Below, one piece after another: positions 10,661-21,470 of a stretch of 64,000 bases of DNA. The DNA is taken from NCBI RefSeq assembly GCF_006345805.1, contig NC_043006.1, positions 72,478,001-72,542,000 on the forward strand. The letters run 5' to 3'. Within the stretch, counting starts at the first letter, position 1; every line of letters starts with the position of its first letter. The DNA is from Octopus sinensis. Taxonomy: Eukaryota. A program made the position numbers and the translations under genes. The notes below the pieces were generated by a model that saw only the letters and a list, made by a program, of their open reading frames with translations, was not told the DNA's origin and did no database searches.

Positions 10661-13600
10661 GGACAAATCAAATGATGAATAGAATCATAATGATTTCAAA
10701 TTGTGGCACATGGCCAGCAATTTTAAGGGAGAGGGTATGTCGATTACATCAACTCCAGTGTTCAACTGGTACTTATTTTATTGACCCCTGAAGAATGAAA
10801 GATAAAGTTGACCTCAACAGCATTTGAACTCAGAATGTCAAGCTGAAAGAAATGCTGCTAAGCATTTTGCCAAATGTGCTAATGATTCTGCCAGCTTGCT
10901 GTCTTGGTGAATGGAATTGGAATCTTTTCAAGTATAGGTACAAGGCAAGAAAGTTGATGGGGTGAAGGAGGTTGGGTGATTACATCGACTCCAGTACTCA
11001 ACTGCACTTATTTCATCGACCCTGAAAGGATGAAAGGCAAAGTCGAACTCGGCGGCACTTGAACTCTGAATATAGAGCTAGAAGAAATGCCGCAAAGTAT
11101 TTTGTCTGGTGTGGTAGCAATCCTTCTGGTCGCCACCTTCGTGAGTGGAATGGAATGGCAATGAAAGCAGGAGCAGATTGCAATTTGAAGCAGTGATAAA
11201 GATTGAATTATGCCCCCTTGCATGGTAGCTCTTCACTACAAAATCACAAGACGACACTCCACCACGTCATTTAGCCTAAAAGTTTACAGATGGCCAATAT
11301 GGTGTTGTCTAATATCACTTATTTCTTTTGTCTCACTTAATTCTTTAATGCTATTATTTTTTTCATTCTCTTACTCCTCTCGGAGTCTCCCTTAAAACCG
11401 GGGAATACGAAGGAACCCAAAAAAATGCCTCCGAATAACATCGGAATCGGAGTTTTTTCAAAGCAATACTGAAAGAAGAAAAAAAGGAAGAAAAAGGAGG
11501 AAAAGGAAGAACCAAGGAGGTATCTCAGTAAAGAATATAAAAAAACAATTGAGGAGTTTTGAGGTTTAAAGTGCACAGACATTGTATTGCAGACGACGAG
11601 CCAGAAGTAGTTTTCTGTTGTGACAAGCAGCAGCCATTATTTTTACATCAAACAACAAAAACTCATTCGGGTTCATACATACACACACACACACACACTT
11701 GCCTTTCTGTCTCTGTCTCTAATAAATATATTCAAAGACAGAGAGAGAAGAGAACAAGATATTTTTTGTTCTCTTCTGAATCTCACACAGTTTAGAGTGT
11801 CACTCCTTCTGCAAACCCTCCTTCCAAAATATATATACCAGATAAGGTGAGTACAAATATTTCATAACATTACAAACCATTATTTATTATTTTCCTGTAT
11901 ACATGCCTTTTTTTTTTTATGTCACTCCATACTGTTTCATCCTGTACCGTCTTCGATGTCTTTGTTAACCCTTAATGGTTAATAAAGAAAACATTATTGG
12001 TTATTGTCGATTGTTGTTTGCCCCCTACCCTCATCCCGGTCCACCCTGATTGGGTAGACCTGGCTGTGAGCAAGAGGTATTCCAACCATGACATCCAGTC
12101 TTTTTATGACTACATTGGCCAATGTGTTTTTTGCTATTTTACTTAAGGTGAATGGTGATTCGATTTACGGAAGATTTAACTGTTATTTCTTGGAAATCGA
12201 GCGACCACTTAGAAGCTCCCTATTTGGTCCTGTCACTATATCAGAATTCCTCCGAGTTCAACTTTGTCATTCCATTCTTCGATTGTAGAAGAGGGGTTAA
12301 TTTAATAAAGTACCATGTCAGGTATTTGGGTATCGATTTTAATATTCGGCCATACACCCTCCTCACAAAAATATGCGTGGCCTTGTGCCAATTTTTAGAA
12401 ATCATTATTAGTAACAATTCTTTGATAAAAGCGTGAACATTACACAATCTGACCACCATCAGTACCCTCATTTATAAACCCTTAAGTTTCGCTTCTTTGT
12501 CAAATTTAATACGTACCGTAATCTTTCGCAATCGATGTTTGCTTATTTGTAATGTATTGTTATGCTTGTATCTTTGTGGCAAATAATTGATGATTATCGA
12601 TGTTTTTTTTTAATTCTCATCAGCGTTGAAATCATAATTTCAAATTCCATGTCTTCTTTTCTCAATAATTTGTTCCTTGTAGACAGCGTGGGAGAAAAGA
12701 TGAGAAAATCATACGAATTTCATTCATTGTCGATTTTGTTTGCATCAAGGGATTCTATTTCGACCTAAATTTTGTCTCGTTATGTATATATATCTTTTTG
12801 CTATAACAACAATCTGTTACTATATCCTGACAAATAATTGTCTAACCATATGCATGCAATTAAATAACACAAGACACACATTCTCTCATACACACATGCA
12901 CACATAGTTACTTACATAGTCTAACGATAATAGATATTATCAGTGGCTTTCATATTCATTGTTGATTACCAAACGGAGACCCTATGGACGAAGAATATTT
13001 GCAATCCTTAAAATAACCAGTTACTAAAAACAAACCAAATAATTATGATATTTGTTAACCTAAAGTTAAATAATATACCATGTAGTCTAAAGTTATTACT
13101 CACTATAAAGTGTACCTTTATATAAACTGATGATAGACAGATGATGACCTTAATTGAATCATTGTTTTTCCTTACGTCTCACCTTAATTTTAATGTCAAC
13201 ATTTAAAACCTTTATTTAAGAACTTCACATTCGTCAAAAATCGATGCCGTATTCATTTCTTCTTTTCAACGTTTTCTTGATTTTTATAATAATGAATGAG
13301 AAATAGTACTATTCTGTTATATAGTGTTGTTTTCTCCGTCTGTCTGTGTCTCTGATTATCATATTCTAAAAACAATGAGGTAGTGTTATTGGCTTAAACA
13401 AACTCACATACGTTTACAGATTGCGTATGATATATGTGATATGGTGTTAATTAACTTTTTGTTGCACTAAATCACTAACAGTGACAAGAAAAAAATATGT
13501 AAAATTTTGGCGAGAAAGGAACTGTTGGCCTTTTAGGACAAGTTTAGGTCGTTTTCAACGGATGTTTATATTTGCCACCTACATTCTTTTGTATAATTTA

Positions 13601-14236
13601 TGTTCCAAATAAAGTGTGGGAGTGCGCTACGTGGTCATTTGATTTGCTAGAAATAACAGATTTTGCTAGAAATTTCTCTCAAATCACATCTTACCTCTTA
13701 AGTCTTGTGAAGTTCTCTGGATACATTCTACCCGAAACAAATTCAGGGTTAAGCATAGGCGGGTGGAATAGTAAACACATCATATAATAATATATATATG
13801 TTTAATGATCAAACTTCCTGCTCTTGTCATTTATGTCATTTCCTTGTATATGACAATTAACTACTTTCCTTAATTTTCGATTTTACAAACTCTAGAGAAC
13901 AGGGTGGTTGTAATATAAATAGATAAAAGGATAGTTAAAAGCGCCAAGACAAATACCAAATGCAACAGAGATTTTTTATGTAATGTTTTAGCTTGTGTGA
14001 CACAGGACTGTGTCCTAAATCAGAAGCTGAAAGAATGTAAACTAAAGATTATGCGTATTAGTTTTCGTTTTGTTTTGCTTGTTTGCATATAGTTGGATAT
14101 ATGTCATCGAATCGATGCTGTACACATGTACAGTTTTTTTTTTGCAATCGTTAATCACACGCACTAATATAGATTATACCCTTATGAATGTGATTGCTCT
14201 CCCTTGAAACAATAACAACAGCAGTAACATCAACAC

Positions 14237-14254
14237 CAGAAACTATACAGCTTA

Positions 14255-14303
<49 letters not shown>

Positions 14304-14335
14304 CATATATATATGTGTGTGTGTGTGTGTGTTTG
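14237..14335. repeat. Compound (AT)n/(GT)n microsatellite
   Basis: Direct inspection. Confidence 0.9.
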
Positions 14336-14424
14336 TGTGCTGTGCATTAAACTTGCAGTTTTTCAGTTACCTTATAATTTCAGCTGGTTATTATTTCTGT
14401 CTGTCTGTTTGTCTATCATTATTG

Positions 14425-14561
14425 TTGGTTGTGCGGTAAGAAGCTTGTTTCCTAACCACATGGTTCCGTGTTCAGCCCCACTGCGTGGCACCTTCTACTG
14501 TAGCCCCGAGCCGACCAAAGCCTTGTGTGTGGCTTTGGTAGTCGGAAAATGAAAGAATCCC

Positions 14562-14629
<68 letters not shown>

Positions 14630-15115
14630 GAATAAATGAAAGAATGGATAAACATAGGATAATTCATTCACCTACTTAAATATATATATATATATATATA
14701 CATACATGTGTATATATATATACATATGTGTATATATATATATATATATACATATGTGTATATATATATACATACATATGTATATACATATGTGTATATA
14801 TACATACATATATATATGTGTATATATACATACATACATATATATATACATGTGAATATATATACATACATATGTATATACATATGTGTATATATATACA
14901 TACATACATATATATATATAAGTATATATTTGTGTCTGTGTTTGTCCCCCACCATCGCTTGACAACCGATGTTGGCGTGTTTACGTCCCCGTGACCTAGC
15001 GTTTGGGCAAAAGTGACCGATAAAGTTGTAGACTTACAAAGAATAAGTCTTGGGGTCGATTTGTTCGACTTAAGGCGGTGCTCCAGCATGGCCGCAGTCA
15101 AAATGACTGAAACAA
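14425..15115 (+). mobile_element. Family A SINE with its internal microsatellite expanded to ~370 bp of AT/AC/GT repeats
   Basis: Head at 14425-14560, microsatellite at 14565-14930, 3' part at 14935-15115. Confidence 0.8.
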
Positions 15116-15242
15116 ATCGTATATATATATATATATATATACCTACACACACACACACACACACATTTAGTATTGACTATTGGAAAGAAGACTACTCAGT
15201 ACCACAACAATAGAAATTCATATATTTTATTTTGGTCGAATC

Positions 15243-15295
15243 AGTCTGTTGCTCCTTTCAGTTTCGCCCGTGGGTGTGCAGTCTTCAGGCAAGTT
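15243..15295 (-). ncRNA. Hammerhead-ribozyme-like motif, copy 1 (decayed)
   Basis: Minus strand CTTGC-CUGAAGA-CTGCACACCCACGGGC-GAAAC-TGAAAG-GA-GCAAC; homologous to copy 2. Confidence 0.45.
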
Positions 15296-15507
15296 ACGAC
15301 TGATCTTTTTAAATTTCTTCCAACCACTTAAAAGTACTTAAAATATTCACCAGATTATTCTAAAAAGAAAAAAAAAAAGTAGTCTTTTTTTTAGAAATTA
15401 ATAATAAAGAAGTTACATCAATGTAGTAAATCTGTAAGAAAAAAAAAATCTGGTTAAAATTGAAATACTTCAAGTGTGGATGGAAGAAATTTAACAAGAT
15501 TCATTCC

Positions 15508-15563
15508 GACTCTTTCCTGAAGACCCCGTGCATTAACGGGCGAAACTCGAAGTAGCAAGAGAC
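15508..15563 (+). ncRNA. Hammerhead-ribozyme-like motif, copy 2 (type I minimal)
   Basis: CTCTTTC-CUGAAGA-C-CCCGU-GCAUUA-ACGGG-C-GAAAC-UCGAA-GUA-GCAAGAG: both core boxes, a 5-bp stem II, 6/7-bp stem I and a GUA cleavage triplet. The 10.1-11.1 pair is C.C. Confidence 0.6.
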
Positions 15564-16680
15564 TTAACTCGAACAAAACAACACGCACACATACAACATA
15601 TACATACACGTGTGTGTGTGTGACTAGGTTAGTTCACTTATGTTTGTCTTGCGTTTTGGTCCACTTATTGCTGCTGACACTACATTTAATGAACGTCCAT
15701 GTCAAGGAGAATGCATTTAACCTGCTAGAAATGGCAGTCGAATCTCCTTTCAGATTATGCGCCCTGTCCTAATAATCTTTAATAATAGTAATAATGTAAA
15801 GACGCATTGGTTATTGTGATCTGGGGTACACGTTGCACGAAAGTAGATACACTGTGTTTCTTCACAATCACCGAAAAGTAATAAAAAAGATAGAACGTGG
15901 CGGTCACGGTAGAGCGCCTTTGATTATAAATTAGTTGGATTCATGGCTAATCTAGGGCTAAACTGATTAAATTCGTTTCTCACCTAAAATTATATATATA
16001 TATATATATATATACTCGTGACATCTCGTACTTTTTACCTATTAGCATGAAAGTTGCGTCTCACCTGTATTTGGATTGTAAAAAAAAACCAAAAAAAAAA
16101 CCTCCATTTATGGGGTTGATAGTGTTAGCGATTAACCCCAGATCAGCTCTAAACAAGCAGACGCATGATAAGACACTCTAGCCGTAAATGTTCAATATGT
16201 CTTTCTATTTTAAAGACTGTAGATTGTGTGATTTGAGCTGGGAAGGTAAAATAGATTATATTAATAAGTTTCTTTCATTTCATTCCTTCCCACCTTCCTA
16301 ATGGTTAAGTATATTTTTGAGCCATTGCTTGGAATAGCTCATCATTAATGGTTTTATCTGTATATCATCTTCACTGTAGTTTTAAAAGAATTCGTTATTG
16401 ATTCATTCTTAGATTCGATTTTCTCCGTTTTGATAAGGCATATATCTTATAATTTTAGTTTCCTAACTTAGCAGTTCGGCGAGAAAGGCCGATAGAATAA
16501 ACTTTGGGATCGACACATTCGACTAAAATCCTTCAATGCGCTGTATGTATAAGAGATAATGGTGTCATTGGGACCCAAGGTGTCAGGTAATGCTGAATAA
16601 GTGCTATAGACAGACCATAGTTAAGTTCCAGGTTCGGTGATTATGCGAATAAGGGGTTCAACGTTGGTCATACGACAGCG

Positions 16681-16830
16681 TGTGTATATAAAATATTTTT
16701 TCACAATGAGATAAAAAAACCAAGGCTGTGTAGATTTTAGAACATTTATAGACCTTCTGTCTATAAATGTTTTAAAATCTACACAGCCTTGGCTTTTTTA
16801 TCTCATTACGAAAAAAATTTATATAACACA
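16681..16830. repeat. Near-perfect hairpin / short foldback with ~72-bp arms and a 5-nt loop
   Basis: ...CCAAGGCTGTGTAGATTTTAGAACATTTATAGAC-CTTCT-GTCTATAAATGTTTTAAAATCTACACAGCCTTGG...; loop at 16754-16758. Confidence 0.9.
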
Positions 16831-16866
16831 CATACACAAGAATAAGAACATAAATGTGAAACAATG

Positions 16867-18789
16867 GGTTAATATAGGGCGTAACAAATATCAGAAAATC
16901 AAAAAAAAAAAGTGTGTAATAGGTGTAAAACAACTTCCTATGAACGAATATGAAAGAAAAAATTCGCGCACGCGAAAGGGGGGGGGGAGAGGCCTCGGAA
17001 AATTCACATCGGGAAGTTCCGAAAGCGTCTGAGGGGCTGACCCGGCACCAAAACAAAAAAAAAATAGTGTAATATGTGTAAAACAACTTGCTCTAAACGA
17101 ATATGAAAAAAAAAATGCGCTCTCGAGAAAGAGGGGTGGGGGAGAGGCCTCGGAATATTTATATCGGGAATTTCCGAAAGCGTCTGAACCGGGCACAAAA
17201 ACAAAAACAAAAACAGCGTAATAGGTGTAAAACAACTTGCTCTAAACGACTATCATGAAAAAAATGCGCGCTCGCGAAAGGGGGGTGGGGGAGAGGCTTC
17301 GGAAATTTCACATCTTCAGTCCACGGCCTTTAAACTAAGAAAAAATAGTGTAATTGGTGTAAAACTACTTGTTCTAAACGAGTATCAAGAACACACATGA
17401 ATCATAAACTCCGTATTTCGCAAAAAAAAAAAAAATAAAGAGAAGAAATTCTGGAAAAAGTGAAGAAATGTTGGATCTCCGCCATGTGAATCAAAATACG
17501 TGTCAGAAACATCTTGAAATACTACAGAAATTATGTTACGAAAATGATAATGTATACATACCTCTTTGAGTGGTCCATCGATAATGATGATAAAGAAATG
17601 AGTTGGATTTGAACTCAGAATATTGACTAACACAACTACATACTACAAGACTCAAAATATTCAGCCAAGTCACCACCCTTTAACTAGCAATAATAATAAC
17701 ATCAATAACATAACAGCCAAAAGATTTATTTGTTCTGAAAATAACAATCATAGTAAATAAATATGTTCTTTAATATTCACATTCATGTGCACAGTTAAAC
17801 ACACTTACATACAAACAGTCACGCATGCATAATACAGAACGGAACACATAAATGAAGGATGCATTACTTAGTATATATTACATCTAGAGAATTTTGATTA
17901 ATAAGTCAAATATGCAAATTATAAAGATAATTAATTGCTTTACTAAACAGTGTTGTAAAGGTGAAAAAATAAATTTGGGAAAAAAATACACGCCAAAACT
18001 AATTAATAAAGGATAATTAGGGAAGGATTGACACAAAATAATAATTTTTTCTGTCTCTTTTTTTCTGATAAATGCATCTTAATAAGTGAGAAGAATTGCA
18101 TATATCTGAACTATTTCAAAGAAAAGCATAAATTTAATGTTTAAAATAGCTTTAACCAAGGAATGAGATCCAACATTTCTTCACTTTTTCCAGAATTTCT
18201 TCTCTTTATTTTATTTTTTTTTGCGAAATACGGAGTTTATGATTCATGTGTGAGTGTGTGTTCTTGATACTCGTTTAGAACAAGTAGTTTTACACCAATT
18301 ACACTATTTTTTCTTAGTTTAAAGGCCGTGGACTGAAGATGTGAAATTTCCGAAGCCTCTCCCCCCCCCCCTTTCGCGAGCGCGCATTTTTTTCATGATA
18401 GTCGTTTAGAGCAAGTTGTTTTACACCTATTACGCTGTTTTTGTTTTTGTTTTTGTGCCCGGTTCAGACGCTTTCGGAAATTCCCGATATAAATATTCCG
18501 AGGCCTCTCCCCCACCCCTCTTTCTCGAGAGCGCATTTTTTTTTGTCATATTCGTTTAGAGCAAGTTGTTTTACACATATTACACTATTTTTTTTTTGTT
18601 TTGGTGCCCGGGTCAGCTCCTCAGACGCTTTCGGAACTTCCCGATGTGAATTTTCCGAGGCCTCTCCCCCACCCCCCTTTCGCGTGCGCGAATTTTTTTT
18701 TTCATATTCGTTCATAGGAAGTTGTTTTACACCTATTACACACATTTTTTTTTTTGATTTTCTGATATTTGTTACGCCCTATATTAACC
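16867..18789. mobile_element. Non-autonomous foldback-type DNA transposon, Merlin-like (MULE not excluded), 1923 bp
   Basis: TIRs 16867-17479 and 18165-18789 begin GGTTAATATAGGGCGTAAC. Exact 8-bp TSD AAACAATG at 16859-16866 and 18790-18797. Each TIR holds ~3.3 tandem 130-155-bp units. No transposase visible in the 685-bp spacer. Confidence 0.85.
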
Positions 18790-19470
18790 AAACAATGTGG
18801 GGGAAAAAATAGTACTCGAATACCGGATAGAGTAATATGCTTTTTAAATCTACAAAAACATCGCAAAAAATCACACAAAAAAAATACTGCTACTCAGAGT
18901 TTCACGTTCCCGTTCGCCGGACAGATACTTAATAAAGTGTGTTTAGTATCGCCGCATTCTAATGACTGAAGCAAGTGAAGAATAAAAGATATAAGCGCCA
19001 TAATATTTTGGCTAAATACAGGCGAGATCATGATGTAAATTAAAATTTGTGTTGACTGGACAAACGGTGTGGCAAAGTGAGAGTTGATTTAACTCCAGAA
19101 TATATTTTTTTGAATAACTCCAGGAGCAATAAAAAGTAAAAGTTGACCGACAGAGTATTTGAACTCAAAGCCACGTAGCATCGAACTAGATAGATGACAC
19201 AAAGCAATGTAACCCGACTCTCTGGCCGTCTGTACTTATTTCCTCGTCACCCAAATTAATCTAAAACCTTTTAATCGTGTAAATCTTAGAAGACAAATAA
19301 AAGTAATCAAATATTAATAGTAATTTCGTACGTACATATATATAAATAATACATATGTAACATAATGAATATCAGATTTGGAAACGGTACATTGTTTCAG
19401 TAGCCCTGTAAATTAAGTTTTAGAAGAAATCATTACAAAACCAGATTCGTGCTTCGCTGATTTTATTTTG

Positions 19471-19806
19471 TCATAACTTTCTGAAAAATGCGTATTTTTT
19501 AACAAAACTTCGCGGAGATACAATTTCGACGATGTAGCTTATGATTGATTACGTTGATTAAATTCAGAAAGGGAAGAATTTGTTTGAGTTTTCGATCGTC
19601 CCTTCCGCTTCCGCCACTACTTCGTTTCTACCTGTTTACTTAACTTTAGCGGTTTTCCCCGCCTCTTTTTATAATCAGATTTATGTTTGGAACATCAACC
19701 TTACTAGTCTCGACTCACCAAAACGTATTCCAGCAAAATATCATTTTAAAAGTGCATTTTAAAGAATTATAACGAAAGTTGGAGGGGAGATCATAATCTG
19801 AAACTC

Positions 19807-19873
<67 letters not shown>

Positions 19874-19979
19874 GTGTGTGTATTTCATGTTTTCAACAGA
19901 ATCGTAATCTACAACATCAAAGACATACCTCGGCGAAATTTCATAAAAAAATAAACACGCATTTTTCAGAAAGTTATGA
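19471..19979. repeat. Decayed ~90-bp inverted repeat pair (possible MITE remnant) enclosing promoter-like motifs and an (AT)n run
   Basis: TCATAACTTTCTGAAAAATGCG at 19471 and its reverse complement ending at 19979; similarity continues ~90 bp inward; no TSD seen. Confidence 0.6.
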
Positions 19980-20100
19980 AGGAACATAACGTGATGGTGG
20001 CGGTAGGTGGGGGATTTGTGTTATGCCGAAATACTGTGGTTGACGTCAACGGTGATGGACTGTGGAATCACTGGAATCAAAAATAGGTCCGACTAGGTTG
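19590..20100 (+). promoter_or_regulatory. Candidate GBF1 proximal promoter / first-exon region
   Basis: Last CpG-rich stretch before the CpG-depleted gene body. Tandem ETS/GABP-like CTTCCGCTTCCG near 19600-19611, palindromic CRE-like TGACGTCA at 20041-20048, and a GC-richer segment at 19990-20100. TSS and donor not resolved. Confidence 0.45.
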
Positions 20101-21164
20101 TTTTAAACAAAATATCGATATATATTGCAAGTGATTACTGATCATTGTTATTATTATTATTATCGTTTTTTTATTTTTATACATCGTCCAGTTTTCGAAC
20201 CAAATCAAGTTAGGAGACTTCCACCTCTTTACGACGGGAAGTCATTCGTTATAATCTTTATTGCTACATATTTCTTCATGATGTGTAACCGAACTTAGAC
20301 GTACTTGAGCTTTTGTAGGTTAACGAATTGAATAATAGTTCATATTACAATTGTCACATCTGCAATCAATTATACCCTAATTGATACTGTTTTTTGGGGG
20401 GTTTTTTAAACAGTTTTTGTCAATTTCCATAGTTAGGATGTCAGAGCCCCAACGTTGACCGATCAGCCCAATTCAGTTTTGTGTTAAAGTGTGAAACATG
20501 ACAAGTATGTCTAGTTGTCATTTGTCGACAGTTTACAGTTTATAAACCATATCCATTTAATTCATGACACAGTAATTGCTCATCTGAAAAGGTAAAACCT
20601 GTTTTCGCTTTTCAGTGCATGAATAGTTGGACTTTTACTTTATATAATTTAGCTGTAGTTGTTTTTAACTTCTTTAGCAGTGAAAATTGCTATTGGCTTT
20701 ACATTTATTATGAATAGTAAAATTTGTAAAATAAGAGTGTTTATAGCGGTGAGTTGTGAAATTTTGGGTAGGGCCTCGGATAATTCAAGAACGTGTGTTG
20801 CAAGCAAATTTTTTAATGCTTTGTTTTCACATCTCACTGTTTATTCACGTGTGTGTTTTTTGAAGATCTTACATTTACTACTTTATAATTATTACCCTTA
20901 CAAATAAACAACTTAGCAGAGCCCATTTTTTTTTTTTTTTGCAAGTGGTATTTGTAAGGAAGAAGACACCATAACTTAACGTAAAAATTCAAGGACTGTT
21001 CGATTGGCAACTGACATCGTACAAGTTTGGTTAACCGTGCCTCTGTTTAAATACAGGAGAGATTCTAAAAATATATGTTGGTAGAATTTAGGATTTACTT
21101 TGAGGGAAAAAAGTTCAAAAATCCAATTATATTTGTTCCCTTTTTCACGTGATAGGGATTAATG

Positions 21165-21470
21165 AAGGCATGTGGCTGAATGGTTTGGTTTGAATATTTG
21201 TCTCACGGCCGACGATTATGAGTTTGATACCTGGCAGCATGATATATCCTTGAGCAAGACACTTTATTCCATGTTGCTCCAGTCCAAAATGAGTTGTATC
21301 TGTAATTCAAAGGGCCAGCCTGGTCACATTCTGTGTTAGATTGAATCTCCCTGAGGACTACATTGAGTGTATGTGCCTATGTGGAGTGCTCCAACATAGT
21401 TCATTTCATAAGCAGGCTGCTCCATTGATCAGATCAACAGAAACCTACATCGCAACCAACAGAATCTCAG
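21165..21470 (+). mobile_element. tRNA-derived SINE (family D, CTTGAGCAAGACACTTTA..GTTGCTCCAGT core), decayed
   Basis: Homologous to the better-preserved copy at 46170-46497 and to 63110-63390. Confidence 0.65.

Noticed and set aside
12152-12436. 94-aa plus-strand ORF and a 76-aa minus-strand ORF in the CpG-rich region
   Set aside because: No recognisable domain in any frame and several stops nearby; kept only as part of the non-coding exon hypothesis.
14668-15164. Many overlapping ORFs rich in Y/I/H/T/C/V (also 1376-1848 and 30655-31084)
   Set aside because: Artefacts of stop-free (AT)n/(AC)n/(GT)n microsatellites.
16970-17300. G-tracts in the TIR units as G-quadruplexes
   Set aside because: Each unit has only one or two runs of three or more G, and units are ~150 bp apart, so the canonical four-run pattern is not met.
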